Shown here piece by piece: positions 38,461 to 48,224 of a stretch of 64,000 bases of DNA. The stretch comes from an uncultured Chlamydiae bacterium (GTDB lineage: Bacteria > Chlamydiota > Chlamydiia > Chlamydiales > Parachlamydiaceae). The stretch is from positions 3,008,001 to 3,072,000 of the forward strand of contig CAVWGN010000001.1 of the NCBI GenBank assembly GCA_963754655.1. The letters are read 5' to 3'. A model generated the notes under the pieces. The model saw only the letters and a program-made list of their open reading frames with translations. It ran no database searches and was not told the DNA's origin. The translations under genes and the position numbers were made by a program. Each line of letters opens with the position of its first letter. Positions within the stretch are counted from its first letter, which is position 1.

Positions 38461-38929
38461 CCAGGGTATTTTTTACTAAAAATATTTGACACTGGCAGCC
38501 CTTCAGGCTGCATGACACAACTCACTCATACCCAAGGGCTAGGGTGTTCATTTTGTGCAAAAAATGAGCTTTATTTTTCACAATAATTGGCATAGTTGAA
38601 TTGAAGGTCGCATGTTTATGCCGTCCTTTCAGGACTCGATGTCTTTTTGATAGAACCCAGGCCTCCGCTTCGCTGCGACCTGGGCTGTAACATGGCGGCC
38701 CTTCAGGCCTTAACAAGAGATGTTTAAGTCCCTCTTCTATAGTCCCTAAATCATCTTTTTGTTAAGGCCTGAAGGGCCGGCCCTTCAGGCCTTAACAAGA
38801 GATGTTTAAGTCCCTCTTCTATAGTCTCTAAATAGTTTTTTGTTAAGGCCTGAAGGGCCGTCATGTTACAGCCCAGGTCGCAGCGAAGCGGAGGCCTGGG
38901 TTCTATTATTTTTAGTAAAAATACCCTGG
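38461..38929. mobile_element. MITE-like element with 23/24-bp terminal inverted repeats carrying a copy of the 7.8-kb REP-like core
   Basis: CCAGGGTATTTTTTACTAAAAATA (38461-38484) and TATTTTTAGTAAAAATACCCTGG (38907-38929); near-direct flanks CTCAAAAT/CTCAAAT; interior nearly identical to 7946-8350. Confidence 0.7.
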
Positions 38930-38980
38930 CTCAAATAGGCAAAAGCTCATGTGACAGAGTTAGAGTACCCAGGTGAGAAC

Positions 38981-39013
38981 AAGGACTTAATACCTGCGAG
39001 GCATTAAGTCCTT
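38981..39013 (-). terminator. Hairpin terminator after secDF
   Basis: Stem AAGGACTTAATACCT / AGGCATTAAGTCCTT. Confidence 0.65.
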
Positions 39014-39029
39014 CTGAGTTAAGAAATGC

Positions 39030-42000
39030 TTACGCATTCTTGACAGCAGTCTCACCATTGTGCTGTTGCACTTCGCGATTGTGAAAGTAGAGCATGACAG
39101 GAGAAGCGATGAAGAGCGAAGATAAAGTTCCAATCACAACTCCAATCGTCATCACCAGCGAAAAAGCAAAAATGGATTGCCCTCCTAACAAGACGAGAGT
39201 CAATAGAACAAGCAACGTTGTGCCCGATGTCATGACTGTACGACTCAATGTCACATTAAGAGCATGATTGATGATATCTTTAAACTTCATGCGTCGTAAA
39301 ATCTTGATGTCTTCACGAATACGATCAAAGACAATAATCGTATCGTTCAATGAATAGCCGATGATAGTCATGATCGCGCCAATCACTTGTAAGTCAATCT
39401 GTACGGGAAAACCCATGGCATGGAAAAGAGCCAAAATACCTAAGGTAATAATTACGTCATGAATTAAACCAGCAACTGCACCCACTGCATATTTAAACTC
39501 AAAACGGAAAGTAATATAGAGCAGAATAGAGATCAACGCTGCTCCCAAAGCTAAGATGGCATTGTTTCGCATAGCATCTGAAAATTGACCGCTCATGATG
39601 GTCCAATTCTTTTGCAAACTGCTCAATTCCGAAGGAGCAACCTTCAAATTGCTAGATTGCAATGTGTCTACTACCCAATTAAGGCGGGGATCGCGTTGAT
39701 ATTCGTAGGTATAGGGCCCTTCCGCTGAATTCACATCGGTCATTTGATAGAAAGGATGTCCCTTTTCATCCATGCTAGTTCCCAACTGAATGCGCAATTG
39801 ATTAGGACGGCTGAGCTCACGCACTTCAAAGTCACGGCGGGAAGCACCATGATCTAGGAACGCATTGATGGCTTCTAAGCGATAATCAGGATGACTAGAC
39901 TGCTCTTCTAAATCAACTGTTAACGAATAGCCTCCTGTAAAATCCATCCCAAAAATGGTTTTGCGCTCTTCAATCAGGAAGAAAGTCCCAATCGTCATGA
40001 GAATCAAGGAAATCACAAATGCTTTCTTGGCCTGACCTAAGAAGTCAAAGTGTGTCTCTTTCAAAAATTGCGCCATTGTCAACTGCTTATGCTCTGGATT
40101 GCGTACCCAGCCTGCAAAGAAATAGCGAGTCATGAATAACGCTGTAAACATTGAAGAGATAATTCCAATGATTAACGTCACAGCAAAGCCCTTGATAGGT
40201 CCTGAATCGAATTGAATCAAGATCAAAGCCGCAATCAGTGTGGTAATATTCGAGTCAATAATGGCACTGAAAGCTTTACGATAGCCTGCCTGGATTGCAG
40301 AAGCTATACGTCCTGAAATTTTAAATTCTTCGCGTACTCTTTCAAAAACCAGAACATTAGCATCAACTGCCATTCCAATGGTCAATACAATACCCGCAAT
40401 TCCCGGTAGTGTTAAAGCAGCACCTAGGTTTTGCAATACGCCCCACATGATCAAGATATTTAAAAGCACAGCGCAGGAAGCGACAACCCCGGCAAAGCGA
40501 TAATACCCTACCATGGCGACCACAACCAACGTCAAGGCAACAAGAGAAGCAACAATTCCTTTCACGCGCTCTTCATGACCTAGTTCTGGACTAACGTTTT
40601 GTTCTGATAGAATGCGCGGCGTAAAGCTCAATGAACCCGCTTTTAAATCAGCAGCCAATTGATTGACTTCTCGCTGAGAAAAGCGTCCGCTAATTGTTCC
40701 GCCATCACGCAAAGCAGCATTTAAAGAAGGCGCAGTAATGATGCTGCCATTCAAAATAACCGCCATTCGCCAGCCGCGACCTTGTGAATAAATTTCTTTT
40801 GGCGTTCCGGCAATGCGGTCTTCAGCAAATTGAGACGTCCATGTATAAAAATCATCACGAGGACTGCCATTGCCCTTATCTTGCGAACCCTCATAAGAGC
40901 GTTTGACACCAAAACTTAAGATATTTCCTTGACTCGCATCATAGCCAGCATGAATGTTTTCTAGACTTGCCCCTTCTAAGGCATAGTGATGGAAGACAAT
41001 AAGAAGTGGATGAGTTTGATTCTCCCATTCAGCAGCCTCATCTCCTCTATACATCGCCACAGCAGAAAGCGTATCATCAAAAGCTGAGCTGACAGCGCGA
41101 TCTTTTGGATTTGTCAAGCGAAATCCATTATCATAAAGCAACTTAGCGTTATCGCTGCGCGGACGCAAACTGCCTGAAAGCAAAGACTCTCCCCCAAGGT
41201 GCTGCCAAGCAATTTCATTGATGGCATCAATGTCTTTGCGATTCGTGACGACTGCTTCATTCCAAACATCTTGGAGAAATTGATTGACAGCAGAACTTAA
41301 CGTTGCGTTGCGACTGCCAAATTTTTCGTTGGCAATATGAAAATACATCGCTGATGCTTTGACCAAATCAGAAGCTGAAAGATTTTGTGAGCCGGGGAAA
41401 TCTAACAAAATATTCGAATTTTCAATTCGGATCGTTCGCTCGGCAACTCCCATTTTATTGATTCGATTGTAGAGTTCATTGACAGCTTGGTTCAAATCTT
41501 CTGGATTTTTGACAGGACGTCCGTTTTGATCAAGCAACGCAATACGCACTGTTTTTCCACCCGAGAGGTCAAGACCCCATTTAAGAATTTTGCGATCATC
41601 GCCGCGGAAATACTTCTTAGCACTTAGCTTGAAGTTTTCCCAATAAACATTCTGGGTAGGAGCAGGCACTGTATAACGACTCGTCACGTTGATATCAACT
41701 TGAGCAGCCTGATAAGCCTCTTTCCATTTTAATAGATCTTCTTGAATGCGATCTTCAATTTTATTAATAGTCAAAATTCGCTGCTCGACATCGGAAAAGT
41801 CTAAAACAGCATAGCGCTTACTTCCCTTAACGCCAAAATCTTCACGCGTGGCCTTTAATAAAGAGCTATAATAGTCATTCAGCTCAAAAATATAATCTTT
41901 ACTAAACTCCTTGGGCAGATCAAAAGTAGATCCTGAATAACCAATAAAGCCCATTTGCTGCAAAATGGTATTGAGTTGATTGAAATCTTGAATTAAAGCC

Positions 42001-43586
42001 TGGCTTTCAGGTGCTTCAGGGACTTCTTTGTATTTTTGCACAATCGCATCCATTCCCTTGGCAATCACGTAAATGGAATGATTGCGAAAGCCTGAAATTG
42101 GATGAGAGGGATACATAGCAGGTGCATAAACAACCAAGCCAAGTTTCTGATCTTCTGACTTTGCATTTTGATAATTTGCATAAGAGCGAATAGGATAAGC
42201 ATCGCGCACAAGATCGGTTTGAGTGGGTTCCCAGGATAAAAGCAATTGATCCATCACTTGCTGGACACGCTTTTGAGCTAAATATCCTAAATTGAGAGTC
42301 AAATAGCTTTGGCTATTGCTCAAAGTATCGAGATTGACAACAAAAGAATCTTCGCTTGGCTTAAAAGTTTCATCTGTTAAACGAGCGATATAAGCAATGT
42401 CATTGATGATGAATTGATTCACCTTTTCTTTTATAAAAGCTTCTTTTTCTGTCTTACCTTCTTGAGAACGCAGCTTTTGCACATCATCGTAAAAATTGAC
42501 TAGAATTTGGCTGCTATCCCAGTTAATGGTTAATCCTTTGATAAAGGGATGATAACCTTCGAGGTTGACAGTTTGGATCAATGCATCGGATTGCCCCTTG
42601 GCAAGCAACTCTTGAATTTGTTCAACTGTTAAAGGCTTCTTGCCATGTTGAAAATCGGCCATATTCTTGCGCAAGATATTGATGCTGGTCTCTAAAGCCT
42701 GAATCTGGTTGTTAAAAACAGCAAGTTCTTGTTCTTGTGACGCAGTGAGGGCTTCTCCAGCTTCTGTTTTGCGCAAAGTATCGCGCTGCTCTTTAATTTT
42801 CTTATTGATTCCCTCAAGTTTGGCAACAAATTTTTGAACGGAGTTTTGGCCTTCCTTAGGAGAAATTTGAGAGAAACTGGCATAATAACGCTTGGCTATG
42901 GGACTGTTTTTACCAAACACGCTATCTATATCGACAGCTTGTTTAGCTAGCGCAATGGCTGCCTCATCATAGCGTGAATCTTGAGCATGGTTGATCATTC
43001 CAACCATCTGGATCGCTTGCTTGCTTGGTCCGCCAATGGCTATAGCAATTTGCGTCACACGATCGTTAATAATATCACGATAAAGGTCGGCAATTTGCTG
43101 ATCTTGTCCAAACTTGGGCGTGAATTGAAAAAGTTGATTCATTTCGCTTGAATCGAGTTGCATAGCAATATTACGTTGCACTAAGGCTTTGGTATTATCA
43201 AGTGAAGTGGATTCTGGACTCAACTCCAGCTGGGCGGGCACAAAAGAAATCAAAGCCCCCGCTCGGGGCAGAAACCGCTTAAATAAAGCGGTATCATTTT
43301 CATCTTTAAAGGAGACTTGAATTAATCCTGTATTCGCCGTTACAAGATCAATGGAAATGGGCTTAATGCCCAACAGACGACAGAATGACGCTAACCATTC
43401 TTTCGATTCAACCTCTAGTTGATTAACTCGCTCAATAATCGCAGAAGCCACATGCTCTGCTTTAGGAGAATCAATAGGAGCCGACAGAGGTTTAGAATAG
43501 AAAAAAATTGTCGGTAAAATATTGTAAAGCGTAAGGACTAAGACGGCAATAATGAGATAAAATTGCCAACGCTTCTGTTTTTCCAT
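39030..43586 (-). CDS. secDF: Protein translocase subunit SecDF (chlamydial fused form with large periplasmic insertion, 1518 aa)
   Basis: WGLDLSGG, LTLPGIAGIVLTIGMAVDANVLVFERVREE, GMDFTGG, IGYSLNDTIIVFDRIRE. Confidence 0.96.
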   Translation of the reverse strand: MEKQKRWQFYLIIAVLVLTLYNILPTIFFYSKPLSAPIDSPKAEHVASAIIERVNQLEVESKEWLASFCRLLGIKPISIDLVTANTGLIQVSFKDENDTALFKRFLPRAGALISFVPAQLELSPESTSLDNTKALVQRNIAMQLDSSEMNQLFQFTPKFGQDQQIADLYRDIINDRVTQIAIAIGGPSKQAIQMVGMINHAQDSRYDEAAIALAKQAVDIDSVFGKNSPIAKRYYASFSQISPKEGQNSVQKFVAKLEGINKKIKEQRDTLRKTEAGEALTASQEQELAVFNNQIQALETSINILRKNMADFQHGKKPLTVEQIQELLAKGQSDALIQTVNLEGYHPFIKGLTINWDSSQILVNFYDDVQKLRSQEGKTEKEAFIKEKVNQFIINDIAYIARLTDETFKPSEDSFVVNLDTLSNSQSYLTLNLGYLAQKRVQQVMDQLLLSWEPTQTDLVRDAYPIRSYANYQNAKSEDQKLGLVVYAPAMYPSHPISGFRNHSIYVIAKGMDAIVQKYKEVPEAPESQALIQDFNQLNTILQQMGFIGYSGSTFDLPKEFSKDYIFELNDYYSSLLKATREDFGVKGSKRYAVLDFSDVEQRILTINKIEDRIQEDLLKWKEAYQAAQVDINVTSRYTVPAPTQNVYWENFKLSAKKYFRGDDRKILKWGLDLSGGKTVRIALLDQNGRPVKNPEDLNQAVNELYNRINKMGVAERTIRIENSNILLDFPGSQNLSASDLVKASAMYFHIANEKFGSRNATLSSAVNQFLQDVWNEAVVTNRKDIDAINEIAWQHLGGESLLSGSLRPRSDNAKLLYDNGFRLTNPKDRAVSSAFDDTLSAVAMYRGDEAAEWENQTHPLLIVFHHYALEGASLENIHAGYDASQGNILSFGVKRSYEGSQDKGNGSPRDDFYTWTSQFAEDRIAGTPKEIYSQGRGWRMAVILNGSIITAPSLNAALRDGGTISGRFSQREVNQLAADLKAGSLSFTPRILSEQNVSPELGHEERVKGIVASLVALTLVVVAMVGYYRFAGVVASCAVLLNILIMWGVLQNLGAALTLPGIAGIVLTIGMAVDANVLVFERVREEFKISGRIASAIQAGYRKAFSAIIDSNITTLIAALILIQFDSGPIKGFAVTLIIGIISSMFTALFMTRYFFAGWVRNPEHKQLTMAQFLKETHFDFLGQAKKAFVISLILMTIGTFFLIEERKTIFGMDFTGGYSLTVDLEEQSSHPDYRLEAINAFLDHGASRRDFEVRELSRPNQLRIQLGTSMDEKGHPFYQMTDVNSAEGPYTYEYQRDPRLNWVVDTLQSSNLKVAPSELSSLQKNWTIMSGQFSDAMRNNAILALGAALISILLYITFRFEFKYAVGAVAGLIHDVIITLGILALFHAMGFPVQIDLQVIGAIMTIIGYSLNDTIIVFDRIREDIKILRRMKFKDIINHALNVTLSRTVMTSGTTLLVLLTLVLLGGQSIFAFSLVMTIGVVIGTLSSLFIASPVMLYFHNREVQQHNGETAVKNA

Positions 43587-43787
43587 AGTATCATGTTTCC
43601 TTCTATGAGTGTCATTTTCCCCCTTTGCCGCATGTGTGCATTCCTAGCTAGGCAATTTCTCATGCTCGAGCGAAAACTTCCTGTGAGTGAATGTAAAGAT
43701 AAAACAGAAAGCATAACAAATTATTAGGCATTCTGTCTACATAAAATCAAAAGGTCCAAGCTGCACAAAGCAAATAAAATGTTAAAT

Positions 43788-43825
43788 AAAAAAAAACCCA
43801 ATCTCTCTTGAGAGAGATTGGGTTT
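43788..43825 (-). terminator. Rho-independent terminator of ntt1
   Basis: Stem AAACCCAATCTCTC / GAGAGATTGGGTTT with an A-tract on the plus strand (U-tail on the minus strand). Confidence 0.85.
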
Positions 43826-43848
43826 ATCAAACGATGACTCATGTTTAA

Positions 43849-45390
43849 TTAACCCGCAACAGCTGTTGCCTTCTCGCCCCCGCCCTGAGCAGTTGGAGGG
43901 TTTTGATGGGTAGTTAGCTTGTTAAATTGCTTATTTAATGAGCGAACAGCAACAATCCAAGCTGCAATGATGACCATGAGGATGACTCCAATGTAAGGTG
44001 TAATGGTAGCCAGTGTTCCCAATGTCATTAGACCTAACTGAATAATAGAGCCACCCGATTTTCCTAAACGAGCGCCTACCACATCAACGGCTGCTTTTCC
44101 TTTAACCTTAGATTCTTCATCCAATGGAATATAAGCCATTTCTTTAGTGGGATCAAATAAAGAGTACTTGGAAGACTTACTCATAATATTCTGAGCCGCA
44201 CCAAAGAGGACAGCCAGAAATAAAGGAGTTGTGCCAATCGAAGCAATCAAGCCAGCAATGTTGCCTCTAAAGATGACAAAGACGAAAAATGCTATACCTG
44301 TAATGAGGAGGACAACAGGCGTAATCATAGCCGCAAATCCCCACCCCTTATTGCGAAGAACGTTACCGCCTACAAAAAGCATCATAAGAATTGTCACAAA
44401 TCCAGTCACAGTAGAGAAATAGCCCATAAACGTGCTATAATCATTTTTGTCAGGATACTGCAATGCCACTTGACTCTTCCAAGTCACTTCCACTAAGTTA
44501 ATGGAAATTCCATAGGCAATGACAAGAATAGATAGGCAGAGAAGATATTTTGAACTGAAAATAAATTTAAAGCTGTCACCTATAGACATTTTCAGTTTCT
44601 TTTTCTTACCAGATACTTGAGTAGGATCATAGAAACGGTTATCAGTTAAAACATAGCGATTAATCCACCAATAAGAAGCCATCACGCCAATCCCTGCAAT
44701 CACTACCATTCCCATTAAATAATTCAATGAGATTTGCCAAGCATCGACATCAGCAGGCAACTTTTTGCGAATATCAGAAACATAAATAATTGCTGGACCA
44801 GAAACAAGTAAAGCAAGGTTGGCGCCCAAACCAAATAAGCTATAAAAACGCTTAGCTTCATTGACACGTGTAATATGGTTGGCAAAACCCCAGAATAATA
44901 GAGAAAGAACAACGCTTCCCCACAATTCAGCTAGAATATAGAAAATGGAATACATCCAGTTGTGATAAGCAGCGGCTAACCCTATCCATCCGCCAGGCAA
45001 GTAAGCTCTTAAAGCATTGGCAGATTCGGTCGGCAACAAAGCGTCTCTAGCGGGATACATAACAAAAGCAAATAAACCGAAGAAAATCACGAAAGGCAGG
45101 AGCGTGACATAAAATAGATTCTCTCGACTTAAGTTATTGCTTAATTTAGAATAGATAATCATGAAGAGAACGGCTGCGGGAACAACTCCAAAAGATTTTA
45201 AGAAAGGAATCGCCTCAGCACCTGCAGCTGTTACAATGAGCGTATCCTTAGTATCTCTTAAAATCGTATAATTAAATGAAATACAGAAAAACATGAAAAA
45301 CATGGGAAGAAGTTTTTTAAGCTCATAACCATATACGGGCCATAAAAAAGCTCTCCATTTACCAAATTCCTGTTTGGCACCTTGCGACAT
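43849..45390 (-). CDS. ntt1: ATP/ADP translocase (NTT/TLC family, NTT1 type)
   Basis: FGKWRAFLWP..ELKK, FNYTILRDTKD, AELWGS, FWGFAN, KYSLFDPTKEMAYIPLD, KGKAAVDVVGARLGKSGGS. Confidence 0.9.
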   Translation of the reverse strand: MSQGAKQEFGKWRAFLWPVYGYELKKLLPMFFMFFCISFNYTILRDTKDTLIVTAAGAEAIPFLKSFGVVPAAVLFMIIYSKLSNNLSRENLFYVTLLPFVIFFGLFAFVMYPARDALLPTESANALRAYLPGGWIGLAAAYHNWMYSIFYILAELWGSVVLSLLFWGFANHITRVNEAKRFYSLFGLGANLALLVSGPAIIYVSDIRKKLPADVDAWQISLNYLMGMVVIAGIGVMASYWWINRYVLTDNRFYDPTQVSGKKKKLKMSIGDSFKFIFSSKYLLCLSILVIAYGISINLVEVTWKSQVALQYPDKNDYSTFMGYFSTVTGFVTILMMLFVGGNVLRNKGWGFAAMITPVVLLITGIAFFVFVIFRGNIAGLIASIGTTPLFLAVLFGAAQNIMSKSSKYSLFDPTKEMAYIPLDEESKVKGKAAVDVVGARLGKSGGSIIQLGLMTLGTLATITPYIGVILMVIIAAWIVAVRSLNKQFNKLTTHQNPPTAQGGGEKATAVAG

Positions 45391-45623
45391 ATAAAACCTC
45401 AGACTAGTTTATTGTTTACACATTTTGATCATCACTTTGCTTTTTTTCAGCTATTTATGAAAAAAAACATTTCAAGAATCTAAATTATTAAGCCGGCTTG
45501 CTAAAAAAGCAAGTAAAAAATAGAGCGAGTCAGTTGAATTCAGACAATTAATCAAAAGAGATTGTTGTGTCAATTGAAAATAAAATCCAGCTTTTCTTGG
45601 ATAAAGAGAAAAATATCAGGGAG

Positions 45624-46058
45624 TCAACACCCTTCTTCTTTATTAAAGTAACCGCTTAAATACTCATCTAATACCGCGCTTAACTCTTCCTCTGAAGGCA
45701 CAGTACCCTCATCATCTAGTTGATTTGAACCATCAAGATCATCCTCTTTCATCAATATTTCCTCTTCTGCCTTAGCTATTACACTTTGATCCTGCCTTTT
45801 TCCTTGCGTCTCTAATTTTCCATTATTATCTTCCATTTCTTTTTGCTTGTTGCTAGATGCATCCACCACTTTCACTAAAGCAGAATCTTTTAGAGTCACT
45901 CGACGCTTTTGCCAAAAATGAGAAGCAACCCAATAAATTGCCCCTACTAGTAAAATGCCAATAGCCACACAACTAACTACCACCTTTACTCGATCCTGCC
46001 TAATGAAATCAGATGCAGGAGAAAAGAAAGAAATAGATCGAGATGAATTAACAAACAT
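45624..46058 (-). CDS. Hypothetical single-TM protein with acidic C-terminus (144 aa)
   Basis: RBS AGGAG before ATG 46058; transmembrane segment VVVSCVAIGILLVGAIYWVA; upstream TAGACA-17-TAAAAT. Confidence 0.65.
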   Translation of the reverse strand: MFVNSSRSISFFSPASDFIRQDRVKVVVSCVAIGILLVGAIYWVASHFWQKRRVTLKDSALVKVVDASSNKQKEMEDNNGKLETQGKRQDQSVIAKAEEEILMKEDDLDGSNQLDDEGTVPSEEELSAVLDEYLSGYFNKEEGC

Positions 46059-46250
46059 CTTAGCTCCTATTAAAATAACAATTAAAACACACAAATTTTA
46101 AAATAATTAGTAAATTTTGTCTATAAAAATATGATTTTTAAAAATAATCAAAGAATTAATTATGAAAAACCTGATAATCAAAGAATTTATTTTAATTATC
46201 TAATTTATTGGAATTAAGTACGACTTCTTGGGGTAAATGCATCATTTGAC

Positions 46251-46278
46251 TTGACTTTGAGTGTCTAAAGACTACAAT
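46251..46278 (+). promoter_or_regulatory. Putative sigma66 promoter of recJ
   Basis: TTGACT, 16-bp spacer, TACAAT. Confidence 0.5.
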
Positions 46279-46394
46279 AACTAAATAAAGAAGTTAATGA
46301 AGTTCAATCTTCAATTGTTTCAGGGGGCAGGACCTACATGGAACTAAATTTCTGATGAATAGGGCGTGTTTTAGTCAAACGGAGAGAAAATTTG

Positions 46395-48212
46395 ATGCAT
46401 TCCAATGCTCAGGGCCAAGAGGATCCTATTTGGATTTATCCCCCTATAGAAAATGAATTAAAAGAAAGCATCATCAAGGAATTTAAAATTCATCCTGTCA
46501 TTGCTCAAATTCTTGTTTCGCGAGGATTTCGATCTTTTGCACAAATCCATGATTACTTATATGCTAAACTTCCCGAATTGCATGATCCTTTTTTAATGGT
46601 AGAGATGCCTCAAGCTGTTGATCGTGTATGTCGTGCAATTCGAGATAAAGAAAATATTCTCATTTATGGCGACAATGATGTCGATGGGATGACAGGAACG
46701 ACTCTTTTAACCGAATTTCTGCAAGATATTGGAGCAAATGTCTTTTTCTATGTGTCCAATCGAGGAACTTTGCGTCAAAGTTTGATTGTTGAGGCGCTTG
46801 AATATGCATTGATGAATCAATGCAAGCTTTTGATTACGGTAGATTGCGGCATTACAGCGGCGGTTGAAATAGCCAAAGTTGCCGCCCAAAATGTTGACGT
46901 GATCATTACTGATCACCATGAGCCAACAGACAAAATTCCCCACTGCATAGCGACGCTAAACCCTAAATTAGTCAGGAACACTTATCCTAATAGAGATTTA
47001 ACCGGTGTAGGGGTTGCCTTTAAATTGGCACATGGCATTACCAATCAATTGACAGCCGAGGGTAAAATTCCTCCCAAAAAAATTGATCTCAAACGTTATC
47101 TTGACCTCGTTGCTTTGGGAACCATTTCCGATATGGGATCCTTATTAGACACAGAAAATCGCATTTTGGTGAGATATGGCTTACGTCAACTGCGTAAGGG
47201 AAAGCGCATGGGATTGTCAAAGCTTTTTTCCATTTGTGATGTCGATCTCAATGACTTGACAACCTTTATGATCGCTTCCAAGATTGCTCCAAGGTTAAAT
47301 AGTTTAGGTCGCATTGACGATCCTCGCAAAGGGGTCCAAATGCTTTTAGTGAAAAATGCCGAGTTAGCTGAAAAAATGGCACTCGAACTCGATCTAAATA
47401 ATATTGAGCGGCAAAAAATTGAGCGCACGATGTCCCTTGACGTTGATTCAACTATTCAAGAAAAACCTGAAATTTTGGCCAATAAAGCTATCGTCATGAT
47501 TTCTGATAAATGGCATCCTGGTGTCATTGCCATTATTTCCACACGCATTTCAAAGCAATATAATCGCCCTACGGTCATGCTAGCAATTGATAAAGGCATT
47601 GGCAAGGGCTCTGTTCGTTCTATTCGCGAATTCCCCCTTCTCTCTACTTTAAAAGAATGCTCAGATATTTTGCTCAATTTTGGAGGGCATGATTTTGCTG
47701 CCGGATTGACTATCAAAGAAGAACGCATTGAAGAGTTTAAAAAACGCTTCATCGAAGTTGCCAATCAACAATTGAAAGATTCAGATGTCATGAGCAAGCT
47801 TCAGCTTGATGCAGAAATTAAATTTAGCGATCTCACCTTTGACTTTATGGAGTCTGCTCGATTGCTTGAGCCGTATGGGAATGAGAATCCTCAACCCATT
47901 TTGTATTGTGATGCTTGGCAAACATGGCCTCCCAAAGTTGTTGGCAAGACGCATCTCAAACTCTATTTAGAACAAAACGACCGTGTTTTAGAAGGAGTGG
48001 CGCTAGGAAAAGCTGCACATAGTGCCCAGCTTCGAAAGAAAAATCTCAAGTTACGCATTGCTTTTACTCCACAAATTAATAAATCAAGCATTCAATTACT
48101 CATTCGTGATTTTAAAATTTTGGAAGGGGACAATTCCATCCTTCAAGAAACTTCAGAGGCAGTTTCGAATGCAGACACTCCTCCTATTCTTTCTGAAAAT
48201 CACTCAATTTAA
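46395..48212 (+). CDS. recJ: Single-stranded-DNA-specific exonuclease RecJ
   Basis: IYGDNDVDG, ITVDCG, ITDHH, LVALGTISD, PRLNSLGR, FGGHDFAAG, EPYGNENPQP. Confidence 0.96.
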   Translation: MHSNAQGQEDPIWIYPPIENELKESIIKEFKIHPVIAQILVSRGFRSFAQIHDYLYAKLPELHDPFLMVEMPQAVDRVCRAIRDKENILIYGDNDVDGMTGTTLLTEFLQDIGANVFFYVSNRGTLRQSLIVEALEYALMNQCKLLITVDCGITAAVEIAKVAAQNVDVIITDHHEPTDKIPHCIATLNPKLVRNTYPNRDLTGVGVAFKLAHGITNQLTAEGKIPPKKIDLKRYLDLVALGTISDMGSLLDTENRILVRYGLRQLRKGKRMGLSKLFSICDVDLNDLTTFMIASKIAPRLNSLGRIDDPRKGVQMLLVKNAELAEKMALELDLNNIERQKIERTMSLDVDSTIQEKPEILANKAIVMISDKWHPGVIAIISTRISKQYNRPTVMLAIDKGIGKGSVRSIREFPLLSTLKECSDILLNFGGHDFAAGLTIKEERIEEFKKRFIEVANQQLKDSDVMSKLQLDAEIKFSDLTFDFMESARLLEPYGNENPQPILYCDAWQTWPPKVVGKTHLKLYLEQNDRVLEGVALGKAAHSAQLRKKNLKLRIAFTPQINKSSIQLLIRDFKILEGDNSILQETSEAVSNADTPPILSENHSI

Positions 48213-48224
48213 GTACGCTCAACC

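Noticed and set aside
38697..38860. Repeat-spacer-repeat pattern as a mini CRISPR array
   Set aside because: The repeats alternate in orientation, the two spacers are near-identical copies, and there are no cas genes.
39030..43586. Unusually long SecDF (1518 aa) and RseP (657 aa)
   Set aside because: Enlarged forms of both are known features of chlamydial orthologues.
43587..43715. Possible arrest-peptide uORF upstream of secDF (VemP/ApdP-like)
   Set aside because: The only candidate frame (MRNCLARNAHMRQRG...) has no RBS, signal peptide or RAPP-like motif, and runs out of frame into secDF.
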